Assembly (NCBI RefSeq): GCF_006345805.1
Contig: NC_042997.1
Coordinates: 57,474,001-57,538,000, forward strand
Reading direction: 5' to 3'
DNA length: 64,000 bases
Origin: Octopus sinensis
Taxonomy: Eukaryota
Both the position numbers and the translations under genes were made by a program. This document shows positions 1 to 13,469 of this stretch, piece by piece. The stretch's first letter is position 1; every line of letters starts with the position of its first letter. The notes under the pieces are model-generated. The model was not told the origin of the DNA and did no database searches. It saw nothing but the letters and a program-made list of their open reading frames with translations.

Positions 1-2250
1 ATACATGCATACATAAATACACATGTATATATACATATACACATACACACATACATAAACACATGTACACACACGTACATACACACACATACATACGTAC
101 ATACACACACACACGTATACGCACGCACATACACACATACCCATACATACATATATACACGAACGTACTTACATACATGCATACACATACGAGCATACAT
201 ACATGCATGCATACACGTACGTGCATACATACATGTATACACGTACATACATACATACACGTACTACATACATACATACATACACGTACATACATACATA
301 CATACACGTATACACGTACATACATGTATACACGTACATACATACATACATACACGTATACACGTACATACATGTATACACGTACATACATGTATACACG
401 TACATACATACATACAAGTATACACGTACATACATACATACAAGTATACACGTACATACATACATACAAGTATACACGTACATACATACATACAAGTATA
501 CACGTACATACATACATACAAGTATACACGTACATACATACATACAAGTATACACGTACATACATACATACAAGTATACACGTACATACATACATACACG
601 TATACACGTACATACATACATACACGTACATACATACATACACGTACATACATACACGTATACACGTACATATACGTACATACATACACACATACACACA
701 TACACGTACATACATACACACATACACGTACATACATACACACATACACGTACATACATACACACATACACGTACATACATACATACATACATACACGTA
801 CATACATACATACATACACGTACATACATACATACATACACGTACATACATACATACATACACGTATACACGTACACGTATACACGTACATACATACATA
901 CACATACCCACATACATACACGTATACACATACATACACGTAGACACGTACCCACATACATACACGTATACACGTACCCACATACATACACGTATACACG
1001 TACCCACATACATACACGTACCCACATACATACACGTACCCACATACATACACGTACCCACATACATACACGTATACACGTACCCACATACATACACGTA
1101 TACACGTACCCACATACATACACGTATACACGTACCCACATACATACACGTATACACGTACCCACATACATACACGTATACACGTACCACATACATACAC
1201 GTACACGTATACACGTACCCTCATACATACACGTATACACGTACCCACATACATACACGTATACACGTACCCACATACATACACGTATACACGTACCCAC
1301 ATACATACACGTATACACGTACCCACATACATACACGTATACACGTACCCACATACATACACGTATACACGTACCCACATACATACACGTATACACGTAC
1401 CCACATACATACACGTATACACGTACCCACATACATACACGTATACACGTACCCACATACATACACGTATACACGTACCCACATACATACACGTATACAC
1501 GTACCCACATACATACACGTATACACGTACCCACATACATACACGTATACACGTACCCACATACATACACGTATACACGTACCCACATACATACACGTAT
1601 ACACGTACCCACATACATACACGTATACACGTACCCACATACATACACGTATACACGTACCACATACATACACGTATACACGTACCCACATACATACACG
1701 TATACACGTACCCACATACATACACGTATACACGTACCCACACATACATACACGTATACACGTACCCACATACATACACGTATACACGTACCCTCATACA
1801 TACACGTATACACGTACCCACATACATACACGTATACACGTACCCACATACATACACGTATACACGTACCCACATACATACACGTATACACGTACCCACA
1901 TACATACACGTATACACGTACCCACATACATACACGTATACACGTACCCACATACATACACGTATACACGTACCCACATACATACACGTATACACGTACC
2001 CACATACATACACGTATACACGTACCCACATACATACACGTATACACGTACCCACATACATACACGTATACACGTACCCACATACATACACGTATACACG
2101 TACCCACATACATACACGTATACACGTACCCACATACATACACGTATACACGTACCCACATACATACACGTATACACGTACCCACATACATACATGTATA
2201 CACGTACCCACATACATCCATGCACACGTATATAATATATACACATATAT
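1..2250. repeat. Compound (AC/ACAT)n microsatellite grading into 22-bp and then 26-bp minisatellites
   Basis: TACATACATACAAGTATACACG repeats at ~400-590; near-perfect CATACATACACGTATACACGTACCCA repeats from ~950 to 2210. Confidence 0.95.
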
Positions 2251-2456
2251 ACATCAGATTGGAACCTGTTGCAGCCTTCTTTGCTTGCCAGCCCTCAGTG
2301 AAGCCTTCCAACCCATGCCAGCATGGATAGCGGACATTATACAACAATGACGATGAGACATTATATATATATGTCTCATCCATGCTGGCATGGGTTGGAA
2401 GGCTTCACTGAGGGCTGGCAAGCAAAGAAGGCTGCAACAGGTTCCAATCTGATGTA
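2250..2456. repeat. Fold-back inverted duplication of an RTE 3'UTR fragment
   Basis: 2250-2327 is the exact reverse complement of 2379-2456; central mini-hairpin GATGAGACAT/ATGTCTCATC at 2352-2361 and 2371-2380. Confidence 0.9.
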
Positions 2457-2689
2457 TACATGTGTATATATGTATGTATTAAATATGTGTGCATGGATGC
2501 ATGTGTATACATGTATGTGGGTACGTGTATACATGAATGTATGTATGTATGTATGTACGTGTATACATGTATGTATGTGTATACATGTATGTATGTGTAT
2601 ACATGTATGTATGTACGTGTATAAATGTATGTATGTACGTGTATACATGTATGTATGTATGTATGTACGTACGTACGTAAGTCGTAAGA

Positions 2690-5150
2690 CACCTGCTGTT
2701 ATCCTGTTATTAACCATTCTTGTTTTTATTTTTGTTTTTTGTATTTATATTCATCTCTGTTGCGTTTACATACGTTCCTTTTTCCAAGAGATCTAATGCT
2801 CACAGCTTAGTTTTTTCTTGGGGCTGTAAAAGCTCTAAGAGTTCATTCGATCAGTTACCTGTATTTTATTGCCAACTTAGCAACATACACATGGAAGGAT
2901 GCATCATTACTCATGTAAATGCCCAAGTCTCACACTGACTGTGTCTCTGGGATTGCTATCCCTCCAGGTCCAGTGTATTTAATTGGTATTGCATTTAGTT
3001 TTGCATGCTGATAGCACAAGGCTTGAAACTTTTCAGCATTAAACTGCATGCTATTCTTCTCGGCCCACTTGTATATTTCATTCAACTCACATTGCAGGAG
3101 CATAATATCTTCAGGGTTCTGTATCGCCTGTGAGACTTTTGCATCATCTGCATAACTTGTGATCATGGCTCTCTGTGTGACTGAAGGCATATCTGAGAGA
3201 ACCATTATGAACAGTAGTGATCCTAAAAGAGTGCCTTTCCCAACTATGCCAAGATCACACAGTTTGTGACATATCATTCCATGATCAACTTTATCAAAGG
3301 CCTTTGCAAAGTCAAGATATATCACTTCCACATTTGAGTGGTTGAGCAGCTGTTTCAACACCCAGAATCAGTGTTGTGAGAGCTGAGTCAGGCAGCTTCT
3401 TCCTGGTTGGAAACCATGTTGGGTGTCACAGCAAGTCATTTTCCTCAAAGAAGGTGATTAGTTTTCTTCTGACTATTCATTCCATGACTTTGCTGATGTG
3501 CGAGGTCAGAGAGTAGGTCTGTAGTTTTTGACCTCTGCTCTGCTACCTCCTTTATGAATAAAGCATATTTTACCCTCCTTCATCTCTGAAAGAGGGATTG
3601 CAGTGGTCTTACTAGGACTCGCTTACATGCTGTTAGAAGGATTGCTGGAAATCCATCAGGGCCAGTAGCTGAGTTCAGGTTCATTTCATCTATAGCCCTT
3701 ATTACATTGTCTACTTTTTTATTGATGTAATCAATCATCACTGCTTCTGATTTTATATCTGCAGTGGTAAAAAAAAAGTCAGCTGGATTGCTGACTTATA
3801 AGTGTTCTAGGGGTGGAGTGAAAACACTTTTGAATTGCTCGTTTAGTATTTCATTTATCCTCATCGGGTTTCCTGTGAGTGAACCATCTTTTTCGAGGAG
3901 TGGCCCTACTCTGCAGTGCACTGAAGTTGTTTTTGTGGCAAACTTGTAGAAGGCTTTGGGGGTTAGATTTTATATTGTCTATAGTTCAGGTTTCTTTGTC
4001 TGCTCTTTCTTTTTCATGGGAGGTTTGCAGATTCTTTTCAATCTCCAGCAGTTGTATTTTCAGTCTGGATTTTTCACTGCTTTCAATTTGCTTGTTTAGG
4101 CGATTTGAAACTTGAGTATGCCATCTCATAAGAATTTTCCTCTCCCTGGGGATTTTGTTCTTGTGTACAGTGGCCGTTCTCTCCAGGACACATTTGTAGC
4201 ATATGGCTTGCATTACAAACATGAATTGTTGAAGTTTCATGTTGATGCCTGATGAGGAGAGACATTTAGGCCACTTTTGTTTGAGGATCTCTCTCAATTT
4301 GTTTCCAGTTTGCCTAACGGAAGTTCAAGCTGGAAAGATTCTGAAAGTTTCTTGTAGGCTGCATGTCCATGGTTTTCTTTGGTCCATACATGGTCAGCTC
4401 TACCATGTTGTGATCTGAGAGTAGCGTAAGTGTCACTTTCATATTATGGATGAAATCCATATTATTTGTGAAGCAGAGATCCAGTATATTACCTGCCCTA
4501 GTTGGTTGGAGTACTATTTGTTCCATGTACAAAGTGTTGAGGTTCAGAATGGACTTCACCTGTGCTTGTTCGCATTGTGCCATTCCTGGGAGAGAAAGCC
4601 CTCAGGACATCTGACAGTGGGCAGATTGAAGTCACCCATAAGAAGTACACTTATGTGGTGTTCTAATGTAACTAGAACTTCTTTTTATGTAAGGCGGTCT
4701 TCAAACTTGTCTACATGATTCAGAGCATCTGGAGGGCAATATGTAGTACATATAACTATTTCAAGTTGTCTTATATGTACATTTAGTGTGTTACATACTG
4801 AATCTGAGTGTGACAAAAGGACCTGGGATGTGAGGTCTTCACAGATGTAGATAGCAACTCCACCATGACTCCTTTCTTTTCTGTCAGTCCATAATACAAC
4901 ATACTATGGTATATGTATTTCTGCATTTGCTATATCTGGTTTCAGATGTGTTTCCATAAGTCTTATGCATATGGCTTGATTGCATGCAACAAGGTCTCTC
5001 AGGAAAGGAATTTTTGTCCTGTTACAAAGTGTTAACAGTCCTCTGATGTTTAGTAAGATCACCAATGTGATGACTATGTTGTTGCCAGTGGTGTCCACTT
5101 TGGGTCCATTTACTATGGTGGTGTTGTGTATTGGGGATAGACCCATGTGA
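2690..5150 (-). mobile_element. Decayed CR1/L2-type LINE ORF2 (APE endonuclease, linker, RT)
   Basis: Fragments LLNIRGL..ETHLKPDI (endonuclease start), PTRAGNILDLCFTNN, YLDFAKAFDKVDH and ITSYADDAK in colinear order, with many stops and frameshifts. Confidence 0.85.
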
Positions 5151-5289
5151 AATATGTATATAGATATGTCAGTTGGGTGTGAAGCTTGGGTATTTCCAGA
5201 GAAATGCTCAACCCAAATACTGAGTTATCAACACTGCCTGGATCCAAACTAAGGCCAGAATACTTTTGGTGTAGAATTTGTGATCAAAT

Positions 5290-6180
5290 TCATCATCATC
5301 ATCATCATTTAGCGTCCGCTTTCTATGCTAGCATGGGTTGGCCGATTTTGACTGAGGGCTGGCGAGCCAGATGGCTGCACCAGGCTCCAATCTTGATCTG
5401 GCAGAGTTTCTACAGCTGGATGCCCTTCCTAACGCCAACCACTCCAAGAGTGTAGTGGGTGCTTTTTACATGCCACCGGCACAGGTGCCAGTGAATCGAC
5501 GTTGGTAACAATCATGCTCGAATGGTGCCCTTTTACATGCCACGGGTACGGAAGCCAGTTGGCTGCTGCGGCAACAATCACGCTCGGATGGTGCTCTTGG
5601 CACCCTACTAGCACGGGCACAAGTGCCAGTAAGGCGACACTGGTAACGATCATACTCGAATAGTCGCTCTGTCAACGATCACACTCGTATGGTGCTCTTT
5701 GCACCCCACTAGCACAGATGTCAGTCATCGAATTGATTTTGATTTCATTTGCCTCAACAGGTCTTTGCAAACAGAGTTTAGTGACCAAAGAAGGAAAAGG
5801 TATGCATAAGCGGGCTGGTTACACTCCTGGCATAGGTCACAGGTTATGGTCTCATTTGGCTTGCCGGGTCTTCTCAAGCACAGCATATTTCCAAAAGTCT
5901 CGGTCGCTAGTCATTTCCTTGGTGAGGCCTAATGTTTGAAGGTCGTGCTTCACCACTTCATCCCAGGTCTTCTTGGGTCTACCTCTTCCACAGGTTCCCT
6001 CAACCACTAGGATGTGGCACTTTTTCCCGCAGCTATCCTCGTCCATTCTTGCCACATGACCATACCAGCGCAGTCGTCTCTCTTGCACACCACATCTAAT
6101 GCTTCTTAGGTCCAACTTTTCTCTCAAGGTACTTACACTCTGTCGAGTATGCACACTGACATTACACATCCAAATACAGA
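5290..6180 (-). mobile_element. 5'-truncated RTE LINE (ORF C-terminus, 3'UTR, (GAT)n tail)
   Basis: ERRLRWYGHVARM..GRGRPKKTW C-terminus matches the full copy at 17358-17822; (CAT)n tail at ~5290. Confidence 0.9.
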
Positions 6181-6229
6181 ATATATACATATACGCACAT
6201 ACATATACATACATGTGTATATACCAGGC

Positions 6230-6470
6230 ATGTAAAAAACACCATTTGAGCATGGTCATTGCCAGTGCCGCCTGACTGGCTTCCATGCTAGTGGCACATA
6301 AAAAGCACCCACTACACCCTCAGAGTGGTTGGCGTTAGGAAGGGCATCCAGCTGTAGAAACTTTGCCAGATCAGATTGGAGCCTGGTGCAGCCTTCTGGC
6401 TTGCCAACCTTCAGTCAGACCGTCCAACCCATGCCAGCATGGAAAGCAGACGTTAAACGATGATAATGAT
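6230..6470 (+). mobile_element. Short RTE 3'UTR-only copy
   Basis: GGTTGGCGTTAGGAAGGGCATCCAGCTGTAGAAA...CCAACCCATGCCAGCATGGAAAGCAGACGTTAAACGATGAT matches the RTE 3' end. Confidence 0.85.
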
Positions 6471-7149
6471 ATACAAATATGTATTCATAAACATACATGC
6501 AGAAACGTGTATATACATACATATGCACACATATATATTACACATCCATCCATGAGGTCAGCTCAATTTTGCTCCAACACTTTCTTAGTGTACTAGTTTT
6601 GATAACATTTCTACCATGGACCCTTAGATGACAACCTGGTTACTTTGTGATAAATGTAGCAAATAATTTTGTTTATTAAATCACAAACATCAACAGCAGT
6701 TCTAGCCTTATACACTCATCCAAAATAGGCCTTTGGCCCAGCAGTATCTTAACACATTTTTGGACATAAATGATTACAGTATAATGACTAAGCTGTTGGA
6801 GCTTTATACATGCTGGTCTCCCTTCCATTTACAGATGACAAGGTCTACTGTTGAAAGAGTGGTGTGCATATACAAACTGCATAATCAAGACTATCTCTGA
6901 TCCCTGTACTATGCAGAGCTTTAACATCCTGCAGTTTTCAGTGTTTACATTACACTATTTGAAGGACACTTTAAAAATTTCTCAAACTGTGGGATATTGT
7001 TTTTACTTATAGATCACCATTCACTTATATTCAGTACAAGATGCTCTCAATGAGGAGTGCTTTTTTTTTGTGACATCATAAAATTTTTCTTTGGTTTGTC
7101 TTGGGGATGCTTACTGAGAACAAATTTTCTATATAGTAATTGCTTGCAA

Positions 7150-7580
7150 GCCTGAAATCATCAAGATGGACATGGCCAACCCATCAAATATTGCAACTGC
7201 CTTTTTTCAGCATCTCTCCCAGTTATTAAAGATATACATTAGATTCAGAATTCATCAAAGGCTGAGGTTATGTCTCATGCCCCCCTACACACACAATTCA
7301 GGCTTACAACATAAAAATACACTGCAACATAATTTCTTTTCCTCAACAGGCGTTGATCTATTTAACATTATCCCAAAACAAATCAAAGACGCAAAGGATC
7401 CTATCACCTTCAAACCAAACCTGGACAAATTTCTTCAAGAGATACCTATACCTGGAAACATCCCAGTCAAGAAGTTCCCACTTGAATGGGCCATGATACC
7501 ACAAAACTTTACCAAAAAATGACTCAACAGATCTTGTCAGGCAGTGCTATCAAGTTAGACCATGGCCTAAGCCAATTTTT
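7150..7580 (+). mobile_element. CR1-type LINE 3' fragment
   Basis: HNFFSSTGVDLFNIIPKQI..FKPNLDKFLQEIP is homologous to the CR1 end at 41199-41492; the 3'UTR resembles 36240-36310. Confidence 0.75.
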
Positions 7581-8151
7581 GGCCGGACATATATGCAAGT
7601 TATACACACACAGAGTAAACTCCCTCTTATCCAGTACAGACATAACGAGAACTTTCAAGCAACCAGCAAACCAACATTCAGAAAAAAAAATTAGAACCAT
7701 GGAAATTTTTGCTAATTTGTGTTGGTATTAAAAGAAAAAGTTACTTCTGTATCTGAAACAGAACCTTACTTCTCGAAGTACAGTATTTTATTTTACTGAA
7801 TTTACAGTAATTGACAGGCAGGTAGACAGAGATATTCATATATATGCACTATCGAGCGTGTGTGTATGTGCGAATCCGCAAGTGTTTAGGGATAATGAAA
7901 TTTGTTTGGACTGTGATTCAAATCTTACCTTTGAAATATGGAAGGATTGTATCAGATGTGGAAACAGAGTACTAGTAAAATGCACTTGAAATACTTTTAT
8001 GTTTGTTTTTTATCATTGCACAGCCATGCTAGTTGCAATCAGCTACCATGATTTTGGTGATGCTGTAAATCAGTGGGTAGTAGTGTATTTATTTCATAAG
8101 AATTTTAATCATAACTGTGGAGGGTATCTGGAATCATTTGTGTGTGGGATA

Positions 8152-8206
8152 GAGGGAGAGAGAGAGAGGAGGGGAGATAGGGAGAGAGAGGGGGGAGAGA
8201 GAGAGA
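8152..8206. repeat. (GA)n purine microsatellite
   Basis: Direct reading. Confidence 0.9.
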
Positions 8207-8399
8207 AACCGCTGTCTTTTGCTTGCACTTTAATTTGGTCAGAAGGGAAGGGGACCGTAGAACTACTGTTTCACATTTCATATGATTAGAATCAGAAATG
8301 AAGCTAATTATGCTGTTTTTAATGAAACGAATTATCGTTACATTTTCTTTTCCAATAGCAAATTTAACGGAGAAATCGTGCTGTTACAGTGGGCGATTT

Positions 8400-8560
8400 A
8401 GGTCTATGAAACAAGAACAGGCTTCCACTGTTACCAAATTTAACTAAACACGGCTTTAATCAAACAGAGGCTACAGTAGAAGTCACTTGTCCGAGGTGCA
8501 GCACAAATGTACCGAACCAGAAATCATTTAGTTGCGAAATGAATCTCTTAGCTACACAAC
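8400..8560 (-). mobile_element. Decayed tRNA-head SINE
   Basis: Degenerate match to the SINE at 26340-26488 (GAGGCTACAGTAGAAGTCACTTGTCCGAGGTG...GAACC). Confidence 0.5.
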
Positions 8561-11322
8561 CCCTGTCTACGCCTAATAGGCTTGAGAAAGGAGGGGGCGT
8601 ATTTGATAACTCAAGAAAATAGTGGGACGGTCTTATCAGGAAAGCCTTTCGTCATACGTCTATTGTCACAGCTATACTCGAGCTTTTAAAGAATGTGTAT
8701 ACATTTTTCAAAGCTTTTAGATAAATACTGGATTCCATCATAAATGCAAGAACCACAGTATATTTTAAATTACCTTGTGCCCAGCTGCTTTCAATTTAAG
8801 CTTTTCGTTAATTTCGAGCTTGAAACTAAAATCTCACTAAGAACAAAATGGTGCTAAATCATACACCTCAAACAAAATGCCGTTTTTTTTTGGTTTTTTT
8901 TTTTTTAAGTGAAGAAATGATGGGAGGTGGGGGAACAAGTCATAAAAAGAACAATGTATTCAAATTATATAAAATATTTTGTAGAGAATGTTAAAATGCT
9001 TATAAAAATTAAATAAAAGTGAAAACTATTAAAAAATAAAAATACAAACATAGATAATTAAATAATACTTATAACTCTAGCAAGAGTTATAAAGTTATTA
9101 GTCGTCCTAAAAGTACTATCCAATAATATTTGAGAAAATCGCTTATTTGAATCTGCAGCATTTCAACAGTTAACTGCCCCTGGAATTTTGACGCTTTAAG
9201 TATTCCTTAATAACTTGGTTCAACATAGAAATGCAGTAGTAATATCATGAACGAAAATTTTTCCAAGTATTCTACCTTCTTTCTGTTTCATATGTAGTAA
9301 AAATTATATCAATTATACTAACAGATTTTCAGTTATTGCCCAATGCAATGTGAAACCGATAATTAAGAAGCAAGAAAATACTTATTTTTGGAATAATTCA
9401 GAATATAGCTGCGAAAATGTCCCTATTAATTCTACCTTAATTAATTAAAATAGATACGAACGATCTAAGATAATGAAACTAAATGCAAATAAAGCGAAAC
9501 TGTTCATGAGTTATTCAAAAGTGATGTTGCAGACATTTATTTTTTAATAATCAATGGATTGAGGTCAACAGAAAATTAAATATGTCAGACTTATTGTCAT
9601 AATTAAGCAACACTTTCATTATTACATCTGTTGCAGATGAAAAAATTAATGTTATAATATACCATAAAAATGAAGTAATTATCTAAAAACTATCGAAAGG
9701 GAGGCTAATTTCATAGAGTATAAGCCATTCTAAATAATCGAGATTTCATCGTTTATTCAGTCAGTAGTGTAAGTAAACGTGAGTGAAAAGGGCGTGAGAA
9801 AACGAAGTTTACGAAGAAAATCTGAAGTAATTCAATCATAAGTGGTTTATTAAACTACATTTCAATGGTAATTACATCATACATATATATATATAGGTTC
9901 ATATTTTCACAAATGAAAGCAGTCATGTTTTAAATTTTTTCTTGAGGAATATTAAAATTATTCGCTGAAAAGAAATGACTGAAGTTGAGACACGAATAAA
10001 TTTAGTTTAAAATAAACATCTTTAACGGATTAGCAAGTACGTAAAATATTGAAATCGTAACTCCTTCCTACAAAAAAATTACCCTTCATAAAATTTTTAA
10101 AAAACTCTGATTCGGCCAACTTACAGGACACCATTCATTACTAACAGCAAAAAAAAAAAAATGGAATATTTATAATCGAACAGATTTTTTATTTCAAGTG
10201 AATTACGTATAATGTACATTGGTTTCTTCGACATGGGTTCATTTATTAAAAATCCCCAAGATTGGGCAGAAAATGGAGCATTTTAAACACGTCATGACAG
10301 TCAGTCACCACTGTCAAAACATTTAAGAATTTTAAAAAAACAAAAAGGAATTAAATTATTCTTTAGACAAAAGGAATAATTCACTTTCATGTTAAAATAT
10401 TAGACTGATGATAGATGTCAAAATGAATTTGATGAAACCGTTGTGATTATGTACAATTAAGATGTCAAATGAACTGAAACTGGATGTTCAAAAAAGAAAT
10501 GTTTAATTTTTCTCGAAGATTAATTCACTAACACCTAATTGTAAACTAATATACAAATGAATAAAAATTGAATTTAAAAAATAAAGCAGCTTAAAATGCA
10601 TTGTAACTGTGATATTTTCAAGCATTTTAATTGAAAATAGCTTTAAATTTCATTTTACATTCTTGCTCAGATATTGCAACAAGTGAGTTAGTTCCTCAAG
10701 AATGATTCTAAATTTCGAGTCCATTTTCAGATTATGTCGAAAAGGATAGAAATATTTAGTAGTTTGCTAAAATGTATAATGACAAATATATCTCACGGGA
10801 GAATGCTGACAAAATGACAGTTGGCAAAAATTTGGATATAAGAAAATCTTAACAGTTTTTAAATAATTACTTAAATTATTATTGATATGATCACATGGTT
10901 GCCACCATAGAATTAAGATAATAGAAATGCCTAAGGTTGAATATCTTTCAAAATCGCAAAGAAAAAAAAATCATAGCATTTAGAAAAGTATTTGACGATT
11001 AGTAGAACGAATTTCAAGAGCTAGAATGCAGTGAGGGAGATGACAGTTGATGGTGTAAGTGAAAGATGAAAAATGAAAGCTCTTAGGTAAAAACGAAAGC
11101 TTCGCATAAGATTCTAAGTATGCGGTGGGCACAATTTCAGGGACCGAAATAACAGATGCTGACCGTTATAAAACAGGTAAAACACTCAGCATCTTTTCGT
11201 ACATGCTCGTTTTCTTTTTGACAGCGTTTTCGACTAAATTATGATACATACAGTGGCAGTTGTTGATTTATACTACATTCTAAACAAACAATAAACGCAA
11301 TATTTAAAAAGAATATACTTAC

Positions 11323-11690
11323 CCTAAGACATATGTAGGGTAATTTTTATCCTTACTTTTCCAAGGAATTAGAGCGCCATCTTTTCCAAGTAAATGCTTT
11401 ACTGAGGAATGATTCAAGCCATACGTACTGGCACGATTTTCACGCTTGCGTTTCAATTGATTTTGTTGATTTAAAACATTATGGTCACCATTCGTTTGTG
11501 TATTCTTTCCATCGAGTATATTAATATAATCCAAAGATATACATTCTTGAGATTTTTGGTCCGAATTTACTAAGTTACTGTTATTGAGGTACATGCTGTC
11601 CACGCCTAGTTGCGCCTCCCAAATTTTAGTCCAAAGAGTATGGGCTCGTCCAAGATGCTCCGGTGGAAACCAAGCAGTTCTTGGATCCAT
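11323..11690 (-). CDS. TENT4A: First coding exon of a TENT4A/PAPD7 (TRF4-like) non-canonical poly(A) polymerase
   Basis: MDPRTAWFPPEHLGRAHTLWTKIWE and KRKRENRASTYGLN..PWKS match the recalled vertebrate PAPD7 N-terminus ([38 protein letters not shown]; PWKS). The exon ends at a strong phase-2 donor GG|GTAAGT. No exon 2 (LHEEI-type) was found within the window. Confidence 0.88.
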
Positions 11691-11699
11691 ATACCTGCG

Positions 11700-11900
11700 A
11701 AAAAGAGGCCTTCCTCGTCTGGTTCAGTTTATTTTTTATTTTCCTTTTTTAAATCTCTCTTAGATTAACCAGACTCTGGCGGTGACCTTTTTCAAGCGAG
11801 GTTAGAAAGTCGGTGGCCGACTACTTTTCAAATTTTTCAATGATGAAGAAAGTAGTGCGCATGTGCCACTGTCCATAGTTTAATCGAAAGAATGGAATAA
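11700..11900 (-). promoter_or_regulatory. Probable TENT4 promoter / 5'UTR region
   Basis: Locally GC/CpG-richer unique sequence just upstream of the ATG; NRF1-like TGCGCATGTGC at ~11856-11866; possible acceptor CTCTTTTTCGCAG 4 nt before the ATG. Confidence 0.4.
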
Positions 11901-12274
11901 CATTGCGGAATTCGAAAAACGAAACCTTTTTTAAATACTTTTGATTTAAAAAGAAATCGTTTCTATTTTCTAGACTTATTTTATTCTAACTTGAATTTTT
12001 TTTATTTTTTGACATGTTTATAATAAAAATAGCATAACATAAAATATCAAATTTCTCCTAAAAGTGTACCAATCTATATATATCTGCAAATATTAGTAGT
12101 AGTGGTGGTGGTGGAGATAAACGATAAAAAGACAGATTGGAAGATGAGGAAAATTCTGTGGTCGCTTAGTAGGGCTTCAAACATAATATATCGTTAGTTT
12201 TTTCATATATTATATTATGTTAGCATATGTTTATATTATAATTAATTATAAAACTCCACACAATTCCATGCATC

Positions 12275-12335
<61 letters not shown>
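12275..12335. repeat. (AT)n microsatellite
   Basis: Direct reading. Confidence 0.95.
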
Positions 12336-12337
<2 letters not shown>

Positions 12338-12878
12338 ACATATATTATCATATATTTATATTATTATCAGATATTTATATTGCTATCATATTAACAAGCT
12401 CCACACAACTGTATCACATGCGTGGATTAAACGTTGTTGTCTAGGGGTTTTAACGTCAGAACATGTATTCTATATTATATTCCTTCTTTATCAGTTACAT
12501 TACGCAATCGAATATTTGTGATAAAAAATTGCAACATGTTAATGCCTGGCTCCTTACTTTCTTTCGCTTTATGAGTAAAGTTTGGTTTGTTGTTGCTATG
12601 ACATGATTTATGCGACCTGGAATATTTTCTGACGCTAATTATTACTTAGATAATCTATGAACATTTTTTTTTAATCCGTTGAAGAATGTGTAAATGATAA
12701 TTTTTTTTTTATTTATTCTATAACGAAAGTAACTCGTATTTTGACATTTGAACGTAGCACTCCGAATTCGTAAAACGTTACTCCCAAAGCCAGATTAGCC
12801 TAACAATAAAATTGCATTTGGTACAGGTCTCGCGTTTCCAGAGACTGGCGTTAATAGCTCTCAGTTCTGATCCGATCT

Positions 12879-12965
12879 GGATCTTTTCTAAAAGAAGGCC
12901 AGATTTTTCTAGTTAACTAAACAATTTGAAACTTCGTATACTGGTAGAATGTCAAAAGAAAACAT
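12879..12965. mobile_element. Single arm of the MITE family seen complete at 51957-52155
   Basis: GGATCTTTTCTAAAAGAAGGCCAGATTTTTCTAGTTAACTAAACAATTTGAAACTTCGTATACTGG is identical to 51957-52022. Confidence 0.8.
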
Positions 12966-13469
12966 AATTGTAAACCAAAAGGAAAACGGAATTGTAATTT
13001 CTAAGTTTAACGTTGTTTAATAATTCGAATTTTAACCAATGGTATTCTTTGTTTCGAGCTCATATCATTTACTGCCTCTCAAAATATTGTTACTGTGACG
13101 TAAACAGCTATTTTGTGACGTAGTTAACGTAAACATGTAAATAGCTAAAATGTAAACATCCGCTTATCGTAAACAGCTAAATTCGCTTGGCATCGTACAC
13201 AGCTTTTTCAGTTCCCTAGAATTATATTTGAAACAAAATAAAAAGAAAAAGATTCATATGCATAAATATCCATCCTTAGACATCAGAAAGATAAGAAATG
13301 CAACAAAAATTTTAAATACCGGATCTTTACCTTTTGACCTACAGATTTAAAAAATAATTTTTTCTAACTAAACACTTTCAAACTTCGTGGAGTATATATA
13401 AAATTTGTGTAGATCCTAAATAGCTAATTTCTTTTTGAAAGTCTGAGTATATATAAAATGATGCCCAGA

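Noticed and set aside
63-2796. Very long ORFs (up to 755 aa) rich in H/T/Y or C/M/V/Y
   Set aside because: Stop-free translations of the AC/AT satellites; open on both strands with no protein-like complexity. The same applies to the YIYI ORFs at 28-35 kb and 41.5 kb.
8774-8825. Possible 52-nt TENT4 cassette exon on the minus strand (FKLEINEKLKLKAAGHK), plus a 43-nt candidate at 7929-7971
   Set aside because: The splice signals are plausible, but there is no similarity to TENT4 exon 2 and together they do not restore the reading phase; RNA-seq would be needed.
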